Origin: Sphyrna mokarran
Lineage: Eukaryota
Length of the DNA stretch: 64,000 nucleotides
Assembly: GCA_024679065.1 (NCBI GenBank)
Contig: JAGIQG010000019.1
Location: 16,058,001-16,122,000, forward strand
Direction of reading: 5' to 3'
Below are positions 27,101 through 42,100 of the stretch, in pieces. Each line of letters starts with the position of its first letter. Positions within the stretch are counted from its first letter, which is position 1. The notes under the pieces are model-generated. The model saw only the letters and a list, made by a program, of their open reading frames with translations. It had not been told where the DNA came from and made no database searches. A program made the translations under genes and the position numbers.

Positions 27101-30100
27101 AAATGCCACCTGATAGAAAAGATGTCTTGCATTATGGATTATAATGTTTAAAAGTGGGCAGTGTTATTGAATATGATTATTGATTATAATGTAGGTTGTG
27201 CCCGAGATATCCATGAATGGCAGCATTTATGAATTTTCAAAAGATAATGAAGCAGACTGTCCAAACTTTAATGAGCACCGGAAGATCCTGGTTTTGACAT
27301 TCTACATTGCTATTTTGGGAGCATATATTGAAATTTAATATTAAACACATTTTCATTTGCATTTTGAAGAGCCAGGATTTTGGTGCTATTGATTTTAGAT
27401 CGCTAAATGCATTTATTTCTATGAACGATGATTGTTAAGGGATCTGGAGATTTGAGATGTACAATAATGCATGGTTTGTCTGTGACCAAAAAGCCTACTG
27501 GAAAGTTCCTCATTTATAGCCTTGCAGAATGACAGAACCTTTTGATTCGGCAGTATGATAGACCTTGCTGGCGAAATTTATGTGCGGATGGACAGACATA
27601 ATTATTCCTTCCAACAGAATAAATTCAAAGCAATAAATTTTAATAGTGTAATGAATTCCTGATCAGAAATGTCATTTGTTCAGTTGGATTTTTGAAAGAC
27701 AAACATTATTCTTTGGAAAACGAGCGATTTAGTCAGCTTTAAGATTTCACTTTTACTGGCAAATAACATCCAAATCATTTTGTGAAATTTAATGCTCCAT
27801 TTGCTGACTCCATGTTGAAATTGTTGTAATTACCTGACAAGTAGCTGGTTTTTGTAGACAAGTTGGTCGAGGAGCTGTTCTGAATGATAAGTGCTGCATT
27901 TGTGGAAAGGAATGATTAATTTTCTGGTTTGCCTATGGATATTTTCCTTTTTCCTTCATGAAGTGGAACCATTTGTCTCTCAATGCTTTGACTGACATAA
28001 CGATGTGAAGATGAACAAAAAATCTTGGGAAATTGTGAAGGAATCATTGATGATCTGTGAGATAATTTATGGGTCATGTATGATCCTGACTGAAGTGTAA
28101 GCAATTCCTGGTTAAGAATTTGGCTAAGATAATGATGCTTATAACTAAACATTTCCTTGGAAATGAATTGCAGTAGTAGTGAATAAATATTCTGTCCAAT
28201 TGTATGTGCTGTTTAGGGCCAACAACAACTGCAAGAACTGGAGGACCAATCACTTTGGAGACCACCATCAGTGGTGAGTTTTGGTGCAATTGTGCCTGCA
28301 GCATGAAATTAATCTGTGTGCTTCATGGATTAATGTTGTTTCAATTTATTTCTGCTCCCTAGCGCCAGTACCAATGACTATGACAGGTATGTTTCCTGTT
28401 TCTGCGAGCAGAATCACTGGTAAGCAGAGCTACTTCATGCTATAAGCTGCTGTTAGTGTTGTGCTATTTGTGACTTTTAACTCTTCCATGTGTCTGCAGT
28501 TAAACTGGAACCACTTCGGAAAGCAGGAGAGTCACTTCATTTCTGAAACTGTGATTAACAATGATTGAATGTATTCTCAGTGTCATATGATGTTTGTGCT
28601 GCCAAGGTGTCCCAGGCAAGGGACATGTTGTTGGTGCATCATTGCAGTTCACTGTATTTTCAGTCATTCAGGTGGAAAGGTTTGATTGTGTGCCAGTTGA
28701 GTAGTTCAGTATTGCTTTTGATAAGCATCTTCTTGTTTGAATGTGTTTGTTTTTGCTTTGTCCTGATGGTAAAACAGTCAACAGATAGGAATGAGTGATT
28801 GTTTTATTTCAGTTTTTGTACACGTTTGCTTCTTAGTGCGGAAACTGTAAACACATGCATGTTGGTGTTTTACTTGCCTCACTGCTATTTGATATATATT
28901 CATGTTGACACAGACTGAGCTTTTCATTGAACAGAAATTGGAATATTAAGTGCTACCTGATACAGTAGATGTCTGACATTATCAATTATAATGTTTGGAA
29001 GAGGACAGTGTTATTGAATAAGATTATTGATCATAATGCAGGTTGTGTGACGTATCTCTGAAGTCAGCTTGAGAACATGATTGTCAGCATTTATGAATTT
29101 AAGAAGATAGTAATAAGGAACAGTGTCCAAACTTTAATGAGTAGTGGAAGGTCCTGATTTTGAACATTCTGCATTGCTATTTTGGAAGCATATATTGAAA
29201 TTTAGAACTTGATATATTTACATTTGCATTTTGAAGAGTTTGCATCTTGGTGCTATTGATTTTAGATCGCTAAATCCATTTATTTGCATGAATGATGATA
29301 GGTAAGGCGACAGGAGATTTCAGATATACAATAATGCATAGTCTGTCTGTGACCAAAAGGCCAAATGGAAAGCATCTCATTTGCCGAGTTGCAGAATGAA
29401 TGATGGGTAGATTAATATTGTTTCAAATTTGCTCCACTCCTTGGGGCCAATAACAATGACTCCATCAGGTGAACCAATCGTTCCAAAAACAACAATTACT
29501 GGTGAGTAGATGTTCTTGCATATCAAAACCTGATATTAACGTTGAGCTATTTGTAATTTAATACTCTATTGCATTTTGTCTGTTAACTTGGACCAGCAAC
29601 AACTCAGATGATAGTAATTCCTATTGTTTCTCACACTGGGAATAACGGTGGGTGTATTAATTCACATTGGCACAATGTTTTAGAATCTTGAATAATTATC
29701 TTTCACAAGCAAACAACATTTGAAACTTGTGACATTTCACATTGTGTTGCTGAGAGCAGGTCAATGATATTGTTATTCCTTCAGTCATTCTACTTGAGGA
29801 ACTGTTCTGAATTGCAGCAGTATTGAATAAGTATTCTGTACAAATTCCGTTTTTAGGGCCGACACCATTCATAGGAACTGGAAGACCTACAACTTCAGAG
29901 ACAACCGTCAGTGGTGAGTGTTGTTTTTGACATTCTCATCAACTGAAATTAATTTATTTGATGGATAGATTAATATTGTTTCAAATTTGCTCAATAATAT
30001 AGGGCCAACAGCAATGACTCCATCAGGTGTACCAACTGTTCCCAAGACAGGAATTACTGGTGAGTAGATCTCCTTGCACATTAAAACCTTAATTTTGAGC

Positions 30101-33100
30101 TTTTTATATTTAATACTCTGCAGCATTTTTTCTGTTAACTTGGACCAGCAGCAACTCAGATGATAACAACACGCATTGTTTCTGACACTGAGATAATGAT
30201 GGATATATTAATTGACATTGTCACAATAATGTTTCAGAATCTTGAATAATTAACTTTCACAAGCAAACACCATTTAAAACTTGTGAAATTTAATGTTGTG
30301 TTGCTGAGAGCAGATCAATGATATTGTTATTCCTTCAGTCAACATACCTGAGGAACTGTTCCGAATGGAAACGCCAGAATTTGAGTGAGGGAATTATTGC
30401 TGATCTCGAACGTTTATGGGTCATGTTTGATCTTTGCTGAGATGCAAGCAATACCTGGTTAAGAATTTACTAAGATAATGATGCTTATAATTCAACATTT
30501 GCTTGGAAATGAATAGCAGTAGTAATCAATAAATACTCTGTCCAAATGTCTGTGCTGTTTAGGGCCAACAGGAACTGGAGGACCAACCACTTCAGAGACC
30601 ACCATCAGTGGTGAGTTTCCGTTTATCGTATTCACCACATAAAATTAATTTGTGTGCTTCATGGACTCATCTTGTTTCCTATTATCCCTGCTCCCTAGGC
30701 CCAATGGGAATGACTGTGACAGGTACACTTCCCGTTTCTGAGAGCAGAATTACTGGTGAGCAGAGCTTCTTTCATGTTATAAGCTGCTGTTAGTTTTTGT
30801 GCTATTTGTGTTTTTTAACTGTACCATAGGTCTGCAGTTATGTTGGACCTGCACCAAGTAGCAGGGCAGTCACTCAGTTTCTGAAACAATTCTGATTGAC
30901 AATGATTGAATGTATTCTCAGTGCCATACGGTGTTTGCAATGCCAAAGTGTTCCAGGGAAGAGAGATGTTGTTGGTGCATCATTGCAGTATTTTCAGTGC
31001 ATTCAGATGGAAGATTTTGAATGTGTATCACTTGAATTGTTCCGTATTGCTTTTGGTCAGCATCTTCTTGTTTGAACGTGCTTGTTTTTGCTTTGTGCTG
31101 CAAGTGAAATGTTCAACAGATAGGAATTAGTGATGGGTTTATTTCAATTTTTGTACACATTTGCTTCTCAGTGCAGAAACTGTAAAGACATGCACGTTGG
31201 TGTTTCACTTGCCTGCTAATAGATGCATATTCATGCTGAAACTGAAGGAGCTTTTCATGAATAGAATTTGGAATAATAAATGCCACCTGATAGAAAAGAT
31301 GTCTTGCATTATGGAGTATAATGTTTAAAAGTGGGCAGTGTTATTGAATATGATTATTGATTATAATGTAGGTTGTGCCTGTGATATCCATGAATGGCAG
31401 CATTTATGAATTTAAAAAGATAATGAGGCAGACTGTCCAAACTTTAATGAGCACCGGAAGATCCTGGTTTTGACATTCTACATTGCTATTTTGGGAGCAT
31501 ATACTGAAATTTAATATTAAACACATTTTCATTTGCATTTTGAAGAGCTAGGATTTTGGTGCTATTGATTTTAGATCGCTAAATGCATTTACTTCTATGA
31601 ACGATGATTGGTAAGGCATCTGGAGATTTGAGATGTACAATAATGCATGGTTTGTCTGTGACCAAAAAGCCTACTGGAAAGTTCCTCATTTATAGCCTTG
31701 CAGAATGACAGAACCTTCTGATTCGGCAGTATGATAGACCTTGCTGGCGAAATTTATGTGCAGATGGACAGACATAATTATTCCTTCCAACAGAATAAAT
31801 TCACAGCAATAAATTTCAATATTGTAATGAATTCCTGATCAGAAATGTCATTTGTTCAGTTGGATTTTTGAAAGACAAACTGTATTCTTTGGAAACGAGT
31901 GATTTAGTCAGCTTTTTCACTTTTTACTGGCAAATAACTTCCAAATCATTTTCTGAAATTTAATGCTCCATTTGCTGACTCCATGTTGAAATTTTTGTAA
32001 TTACCTGAAAAGTAGCTGATTTTTGTCGACATGTTGGTTGAGGAGCTGTTCTGAATGATAAGTGCTGTATTTGTGGAACGGAATGATTAATTTTCTAGTT
32101 TGCCTATGGATATTTTCCTTTTTCCTTCATGAAGTGGAACCATTTGTCCCTCAAGGCTTTGACTGACATAATGATGTGAAGATGAACAAAAAATCTTGGG
32201 AAATTGTGAAGGAATCATTGATGATCTGTGAGATAGTTTATGGGTCATGTTTGATCCTGATTGAAGTGCAAGCAATTCCTGGTTAAGAATTTGACTATGA
32301 TAGTGATTTTATTGGAAATGAATTGCAGTAGCAGTGAATAAATGCTCTCTCCAAATGTCTGTGCTGTTTAGGGCCAAGAAGAACTGCAAGAACTGGAGGA
32401 CCAACCACTTCAGAGACCACCATCAGTGGTGAGTTTTAGTTTATTGTACTCACTACATGAAATTAATTTGTGTGCTTCACGGACTCATCTTGTTTCATTT
32501 TATCTCTGCTCCCCAGGCCCAATGGGAATGACTGTGACGGGTACACTTCCCGTTTCTGAGAGCAGAATTACTGGTGAGTAGAGCTTCTTTCATGTTAAAA
32601 AATGCTGTTAGTTTTGTGCTATTTGTGTTTTTTAACTCTACCATAGGTCTATAGTTACATTGGAGCTGCACCAGGGAACAGGACAGTCACTCAGATAATT
32701 TCTGAACCTGTGATTAACAATGATTGAATGTATTCTCAGTGCCATGTAATGTTTGCGATGCCATAGTGTCCCCGGCAAGGGATATGTTATTGGTGTGCCA
32801 TTACAGTTCACTGTATTTTCAGTCCATTCAGATGGAAGGTTTTGTATGTGTACCTGTTGAGTTATTTCATATTGGATTTGATGAGCATCTTCTTGTTTGA
32901 ATGTGCTTGTGTTTGCTTTGTGCTGAATGTAAAATGTTCAACAGATAAGAATTAGTGATTGCTTTATTTCAGTTTTTGTACACATTTGCTCCTCAGTGCA
33001 GAAACTGTAAAGACATGCATGTTGGTGTTTCACTTGCCTGCTAATAGATGCATATTCATGTTGACACTAAGGAGCTTTCCACTGAATGGAAATTGGAATA

Positions 33101-36100
33101 ACAAATGCTACCTGATAGAGTAGATGACTTGCATTATCAATTATGATGTTTGAAAGAGAGCAGTGTATTTGAATAAGATAATTGATCACAATGTAAATAG
33201 TGTCCATAAGGTCTGCTTGAGACAATGAATGGCAGCATTTATGAATTTAAAAAGATAGTAAGTAATAAGTCATACCGTCCAAATTTAATGAGCAGTGGAA
33301 GATTGTGGTTTTGACTTTATGCCTTGCTGTTTTGGAAGCATATATCAAAGTATGAAATTTAACATATTTTCATTTCCATTTTGAAGAGCTAGGATTTTGT
33401 TGCTATTGATTTTAGATCGCTAAATGCATTTATTGACGTGAACGATGGTTGGTAAGACATCCGGAGATTTTGAGATGTACAATAATGCATGTTTTATCAG
33501 TGACTGAAAAGTCTACTGGAAAGCCCTTACTTGTAGCCTTGCAGAATGACAGGATGTTTTATTTAATTTGGCAGTATGCTTGTGAAATTTATATGCAGAT
33601 AGACAGACACAACTATTCCTTCCAGCAGAATAAATTTAAAGCAGTAAATTTCAATATCATAATGAATTCTTGATCAGAAATGCCACTTGTTTAGTGGGAT
33701 TTTGGAAAGATGCACTTTATTCTTTGGAAAACAAATGATTTAGTCAACTTTGGGATTTCACCTTTAATGGCAAATAGCATCCAAATCATTTTGGGCAAAT
33801 TTAATGCTATATTTGCTGAGTTCATGTTGATTTATTTTGTAATTACTTGAAAAGTAGCTGGTTTTTGAAAGCAACTTGGTCGAGTAACTGTTCTGAATTG
33901 TAAGCGCTGCATTTGTGGAAGGGAATGATTAACTTTGTAGTTAGTGAACGGATATTTTCCTTTTTTCCTTCCCAATGTGGAGCCATTTGCCACTTGAGGT
34001 TTTGAACGACAGAATGATGCTGAGATGAATAAAAAGTCTTGGGTAAAGTTGCAGCAGTAATGAATAAATATTGTGTACAAATTCTGCTTCTCTTTAGGGC
34101 CGACACCATTCAGAGGAATTGGAAGACCTACAACTTCAGAGACTACTGTCACTGGTGAGTATTTTTTTGGCATCTTTGTCACGAGAAATTAATATATTTG
34201 ATGGGTAGATTAATACTTTTTTCAAATTTGCTCCACTCCTTAGGGCCAACAGCAAAGACTTCATCAGGTGCCCCAATTGTTCCTGAGACAGCAATTACTG
34301 GTGAGTAGATCTTCTTACACATTAGAAACTCATTAATTTTGAGCTATTTGTAACTTAATGCTCTGCAGCATTTTTTCTCTTACCTTGGACCAGCATTAAA
34401 TACAATGATAGTAAATCCTGTTGTTTCTGAAACGAAGAGTAATGATGTATGTATTCATTCACATTGTCACAGAAATATTTCAAAACCTTGAATAATTTAG
34501 CTTTCACAAGCAAACAACATTTGGAACTTGTGAAATTTAATATTGTGTTGCTGAGAGCAGGTCAATTATATTGTTATTCCTTCAGGTAACATGCCTGAGA
34601 AATTGTTTTAAGGGAAACCTCAGAATTTGAGTGAGAGTATTATTGCTGAACTGCGCGATAGTTTATGGGTCAGGTTTGATATTTACTGAGGCGCAAGCAA
34701 TACCTGGTTAAGAATTTGTGTCAGATATTTAATGCTTGGAAATGAATTGCAGTAGTAGTGAATAAATACTCTGTCCAAATGTCTGTGTTGTTTAGCGCCA
34801 ACAAGAACTGCAGGAACTGAAGGACCAATCACTTCAGAGACCACCGTCATGGGTGAGTTTCGGTTTTATCGTGCGTGCCACATCCAATTAATTTGTGTGC
34901 TTTGTGGACTAATGTTGTTTCATCTTATCCTTGCTCCCTAGGGCCAGTGGCAATGACTGTGACAGGTACGCTTCCCGTTTCTGTGAGCAAAATTACTGGT
35001 GAGCAGAGCTTCTTTCATGTTATAAGCTGCTGTTTGTTTTGTGGTATTTGTGAATTTTAATGCTACCGTAGGTGTATAGTTTCATTGGACCTGCACCTGG
35101 TCCACTCAGTGGACAGTCACTCAGTTTTTGAAAATGTAAGTAACAATGATTGAATGTATTCTCAGTTTCATACGATGTTTGCAATGCCAAAGTGTCCCAG
35201 GCAAGGGACTTGTTGTTGGTGCGCTGTTGCAGTTCGCAATATTTTCAGTCCATTCAGTGGAAGGGTTTGAATGTGTACCAGTTGAGTTGTTTTATACTGC
35301 TTTCAGTAAGCATCTTTTTGTTTCAATGTGCTCGTTTTTGCTTTATCCCGATGGTAAAATGGTTAACAGATAGGAATTAGTGATATTTGTACTTCATGTT
35401 TGCTTCTCAATGCAGAAGCTGTAAAGACATGCATTTTGGTGGTTCACATGCTGCATTTCTAAATGATGTATATTCATGTTGAGACAAAAAAGGTTTTCAT
35501 TGAATGGAAATTGGAACAGTAAATGCTACATGCCACAGTAGATATGTTGCATTATCAATTATAACATTCAGAAGAGGATGTTGTTATTGAATATGCTTAT
35601 TAATGATAATGCAGGATTTGCAGCATGCCCTTGAAGTCAACTTGAAACCATGAGTTGCAGCATTTGTGAATTTGAAAAGATAGTACAAAGGAAGATTTTC
35701 CAAACATTAATGAGCACTGGTAGATCCTGGTTTTGACATTCTGCATTGCTGTTTTAGAGCCTTGCATTGAAATTTAAAATTTGATGTATTTATATTTGCA
35801 TTTTGAAGAGCACTAACTTGGATGATAGTAACTCCCATTGTTTCTGAAATGAAAATGGGTGTATTTTTGCATTGTCACAATAATATTTCAGAGCCTGAAA
35901 GAATTAGCTTTCACAAGGAAACAACATTGGAAACTTGTGAAATTTAATGCTGTGTTGCTAACTGCAGGTCAATGATATTGTTGCCTGGTTGAAGGATTGT
36001 TGTGAAGGGAAACCTCAGAATTGGAGTGAGGGAATTATTGCTAATATGCGAGATAATTTATGGATCGTGTTTGAGTCTGACTGAGGTGCCAGCAATTCCT

Positions 36101-39100
36101 GGTTAAGAATTTGACCAAGGTATTGGTGCTATTAACTTTAGATCGCCAAATCCATTTCTTCACGAGTGATGATTGGTCAGGGATCAAGAGATTTGAAATG
36201 TACAATAATGCATGGTTTGTTTGTGACCGAAAGGCTGAATGGAAAACACCTCATTTGTCAATTTGCACAATGACATAGTCTTTTATTTTGGTTTGGCAGT
36301 GTGATAGGTCTTGCTGGTGAAATTTGTATGCAGACATACAGACATAATTTTTCTTTCCAACAAAATAAATTCAAGGCTGAAAATTTTAATATCATAATGA
36401 ATTCCTGATCAGGATTGTCACCTGTGGGATTTTTGAAAGACATACATTGTTCTTTGGTAAATAAATGATTTAGTCCATGTTAAAATTTCACTTTCGGTAG
36501 CAAATAATATCCAAATAATTTTGAGAAAATTTAGTGCCACATTTGTTGACCCATGTTGATTTTTTTTTTGTAATTATCTGAAAAGTAGCTGGTTTTTCAA
36601 GGCAACTTGGTCAAGGCAACTGGTTCTGAATGGTGAGCACTGCATTTGTCAAAGGGAATGATTAATTTTGTAGTTTGCGAACCAATGTTTTCCTTTTTCC
36701 TTTGCAATGTGGAACCATTTGCCACTTGAAGCTTTGACTGACATAATGATGTTAAGATGAATAAAATATCTTGGGAAATAATTTCAATGGTAATGAATAG
36801 ATATTCTGTACAAGTTCTGCTTCTCTTTAGGGCCGACCCCATTCACAGGAACTGGAAGACCTACAACTTCAGCAACTACGGTCAGTGGTGAGTATTGTTT
36901 TTAGCATCCTCATCATCTGAAATTGATTTATTTGATGGGTAAATTCATGTTGTTTCAAATTTGCTCGACTACATAGGGCCAACAGCAATGACTCCATCAG
37001 GTGTACCAACTGTTTCTGAGATAGCAATTACTGGTGAGTAGATCTGCTTACACATTATAACCTGATACTCATGTTGGGGAATTTGTAATTTAATACTCGG
37101 CAGCATTTTTCTGATACCTTAGCCCAGTACCGACTCGATGATGATAAGTCCCATTGTTTCTGAAACGAAAATGGATGCATTTTCTTAATGTCACAATAAT
37201 ATTTCAGAGCCTGAAAGAATTAGCTTTCACAAGGAAACAACATTAGAAACTTGTAAAACTGCTGACAGCAAGTCAATGATATTGCTGCCAGGCTGAGGAA
37301 CTGTTCTGGAGGGAAACCTCTGAATTGGAGTAAGGGAACTATTGCTGATATGGGAAATAATTTATGGATTATGTTTGAGTCTTACTGAGGTGCCAGCAAT
37401 GCCTGGTTAAGAATTTGACTAAGATATTGATGCGTATAATTAAACATTGCCTTGGAAATGAATCATAGTATAATATATAAATAATCCGTATCAATTTTCA
37501 TCCTGTTTAGGGCCAACAATAACTGTAGGAACTGGAGGACCAACAACTTCAGAGACCACCATCAGTGGTGAGTTTTGGTTTATTGCACTCACCAGATGAA
37601 ATCAATTTGTGTGCTTCATGGACACATGTTGTTCTTCATGTTGTTTCATCTTATCTCTGCTCCCTAGGCCCAATGGGAATGACTGTGACAGGTACACTTC
37701 CTGTTTCTGAGAGCAGAATTACTGGTGAGCAGAGCTTCTTTCATGTTATAAGCTGCTGTTAGTTTTGTGTTATTTGTGTTTTTTAACTGCGGACCTATGC
37801 TAGAGTTATGTTGGACCTGCACCAAGTAGCAGGGCAGACACTCAGTTTCTGAAACAATTCTGATTGACAATGATTGAATGTATTCTCAGTGCCATACGGT
37901 GTTTGCAATGCCAAAGTGTTCCAGGGAAGAGAGATGTTGTTGATGCATCATTGCAGTATTTTCAGTGCATTCAGATGGAAGATTTTGAATGTGTATCATT
38001 TGAATTGTTCCGTATTGCTTTTGGTCAGCATCTTCTTGTTTGAAAGTGCTTGTTTTTGCTTTGTGCTGCAAGTGAAATGTTCAACAGATAGGAATTAGTG
38101 ATGGGTTTATTTCAATTTTTGTACACATTTGCTTCTCAGTGCAGAAACTGTAAAGACATGCATGTTGGTGTTTCACTTGCCTGCTAATTAATGCATATTC
38201 TTGTTGTCACTGAAGGAGCTTTTCATGAATTAGAAATTGGAATAATAAATGCCACCTGATAGAAAAGATGTCTTGCATTATGGATTATAATGTTTAAAAG
38301 TGGGCAGTGTTATTGAAAATGATTATTGATTATAATGTAGGTTGTGCCCGAGATATCCATGAATGGCAGCATTTATGAATTTAAAAAGATAATGAAGCAG
38401 ACTGTCCAAACTTTAATGAGCACCGGAAGATCCTGGTTTTGACATTCTACATTGCTATTTTGGGAGCATATATTGAAATTTAATATTAAACACATTTTCA
38501 TTTGCATTTTGAAGAGCCAGGATTTTGGTGCTATTGATTTTAGATCGCTAAATGCATTTATTTCTATGAACGATGATTGTTAAGGGATCTGGAGATTTGA
38601 GATGTACAATAATGCATGGTTTGTCTGTGACCAAAAAGCCTACTGGAAAGTTCCTCATTTATAGCCTTGCAGAATGACAGAACCTTTTGATTCGGCAGTA
38701 TGATAGACCTTGCTGGCGAAATTTATGTGCGGATGGACAGACATAATTATTCCTTCCAACAGAATAAATTCAAAGCAATAAATTTTAATATTGTAATGAA
38801 TTCCTGATCAGAAATGTCATTTGTTCAGTTGGATTTTTGAAAGACAAACTGTATTCTTTGGAAAACGAGCGATTTAGTCAGCTTTAAGATTTCACTTTTA
38901 CTGGCAAATAACATCCAAATGATTTTGTGAAATTTAATGCTCCATTTGCTGACTCCATGTTGAAATTGTTGTAATTACCTGACAAGTAGCTGGTTTTTGT
39001 AGACAAGTTGGTCGAGGAGCTGTTCTGAATGATAAGTGCTGCATTTGTGGAAAGGAATGATTAATTTTCTGGTTTGCCTATGGATATTTTCCTTTTTCCT

Positions 39101-42100
39101 TCATGAAGTGGAACCATTTGTCTCTCAAGGCTTTGACTGACATAACGATGTGAAGATGAACAAAAAATCTTGGGAAATTGTGAAGGAATCATTGATGATC
39201 TGTGAGATAATTTATGGGTCATGTATGATCCTGACTGTGTAAGCAATTCCTGGTTAAGAATTTGGCTAAGATAATGATGCTTATAACTAAACATTTCCTT
39301 GGAAATGAATTGCAGTAGTAGTGAATAAATATTCTGTCCAATTGTATGTGCTGTTTAGGGCCAACAACAACTGCAAGAACTGGAGGACCAATCACTTCGG
39401 AGACCACCATCAGTGGTGAGTTTTGGTGCAATTGTGCCTGCAGCATGAAATTAATCTGTGTGCTTCATGGATTAATGTTGTTTCAATTTATTTCTGCTCC
39501 CTAGCGCCAGTACCAATGACTATGACAGGTATGTTTCCTGTTTCTGCGAGCAGAATCACTGGTAAGCAGAGCTACTTCATGCTATAAGCTGCTGTTAGTG
39601 TTGTGCTATTTGTGACTTTTAACTCTTCCATGTGTCTGCAGTTAAACCGGATCCACTTCGTATAGCGGGAGAGTCACTTCATTTCTGAAACTGTGATTAA
39701 CAATGATTGAATGTATTCTCAGTGTCATATGATGTTTGTGCTGCCAAGGTGTCCCAGGCAAGGGACGTGTTGTTGGTGCATCATTGCAGTTCACTGTATT
39801 TTCAGTCATTCAGGTGGAAAGGTTTGATTGTGTACCAGTTGAGTAGTTCAGTATTGCTTTTGATAAGCATCTTCTTGTTTGAATGTGTTTGTTTTTGCTT
39901 TGTCCTGATGGTAAAACAGTCAACAGATAGGAATGAGTGATTGTTTTATTTCAGTTTTTGTACACGTTTGCTTCTTAGTGCGGAAACTGTAAACACATGC
40001 ATGTTGGTGTTTTACTTGCCTCACTGCTATTTGATATATATTCATGTTGACACAGACTGAGCTTTTCATTGAACAGAAATTGGAATATTAAGTGCTACCT
40101 GATACAGTAGATGTCTGACATTATCAATTATAATGTTTGGAAGAGGACAGTGTTATTGAATAAGATTATTGATCATAATGCAGGTTGTGTGACGTATCTC
40201 TGAAGTCAGCTTGAGAACATGATTGTCAGCATTTATGAATTTAAGAAGATAGTAATAAGGAACAGTGTCCAAACTTTAATGAGTAGTGGAAGGTCCTGAT
40301 TTTGAACATTCTGCATTGCTATTTTGGAAGCATATATTGAAATTTAGAACTTGATATATTTATATTTGCATTTTGAAGAGTTTGCATCTTGGTGCTATTG
40401 ATTTTAGATCGCTAAATCCATTTATTTGCATGAACGATGATAGGTAAGGCGACAGGAGATTTCAGATATACAATAATGCATAGTCTGTCTGTGACCAAAA
40501 GGCCAAATGGAAAGCATCTCATTTGCCGAGTTGCAGAATGAATGATGGGTAGATTAATATTGTTTCAAATTTGCTCCACTCCTTGGGGCCAATAACAATG
40601 ACTCCATCAGGTGAACCAATCGTTCCAAAAACAACAATTACTGGTGAGTAGATGTTCTTGCATATCAAAACCTGATATTAACGTTGAGCTATTTGTAATT
40701 TAATACTCTATTGCATTTTGTCTGTTAACTTGGACCAGCAACAACTCAGATGATAGTAACTCCTATTGTTTCTCACACTGGGAATAACGGTGGGTGTATT
40801 AATTCACATTGGCACAATGTTTTAGAATCTTGAATAATTATCTTTCACAAGCAAACAACATTTGAAACTTGTGACATTTCACATTGTGTTGCTGAGAGCA
40901 GGTCAATGATATTGTTATTCCTTCAGTCATTCTACTTGAGGAACTGTTCTGAATTGCAGCAGTATTGAATAAGTATTCTGTACAAATTCCGTTTTTAGGG
41001 CCGACACCATTCATAGGAACTGGAAGACCTACAACTTCAGAGACAACCGTCAGTGGTGAGTGTTGTTTTTGACATTCTCATCAACTGAAATTAATTTATT
41101 TGATGGATAGATTAATATTGTTTCAAATTTGCTCAATAATATAGGGCCAACAGCAATGACTCCATCAGGTGTACCAACTGTTCCCAAGACAGGAATTACT
41201 GGTGAGTAGATCTCCTTGCACATTAAAACCTTAATTTTGAGCTTTTTATATTTAATACTCTGCAGCATTTTTTCTGTTAACTTGGACCAGCAGCAACTCA
41301 GATGATAACAACACGCATTGTTTCTGACACTGAGATAATGATGGATATATTAATTGACATTGTCACAATAATGTTTCAGAATCTTGAATAATTAACTTTC
41401 ACAAGCAAACACCATTTAAAACTTGTGAAATTTAATGTTGTGTTGCTGAGAGCAGATCAATGATATTGTTATTCCTTCAGTCAACATACCTGAGGAACTG
41501 TTCCGAAGGGAAACGCCAGAATTTGAGTGAGGGAATTATTGCTGATCTCGAACGTTTATGGGTCATGTTTGATCTTTGCTGAGATGCAAGCAATACCTGG
41601 TTAAGAATTTACTAAGATAATGATGCTTATAATTCAACATTTGCTTGGAAATGAATAGCAGTAGTAATCAATAAATACTCTGTCCAAATGTCTGTGCTGT
41701 TTAGGGCCAACAGGAACTGGAGGACCAACCACTTCAGAGACCACCATCAGTGGTGAGTTTCCGTTTATCGTATTCACCACATAAAATTAATTTGTGTGCT
41801 TCATGGACTCATCTTGTTTCCTATTATCCCTGCTCCCTAGGCCCAATGGGAATGACTGTGACAGGTACACTTCCCGTTTCTGAGAGCAGAATTACTGGTG
41901 AGCAGAGCTTCTTTCATGTTATAAGCTGCTGTTAGTTTTTGTGCTATTTGTGTTTTTTAACTGTACCATAGGTCTGCAGTTATGTTGGACCTGCACCAAG
42001 TAGCAGGGCAGTCACTCAGTTTCTGAAACAATTCTGATTGACAATGATTGAATGTATTCTCAGTGCCATACGGTGTTTGCAATGCCAAAGTGTTCCAGGG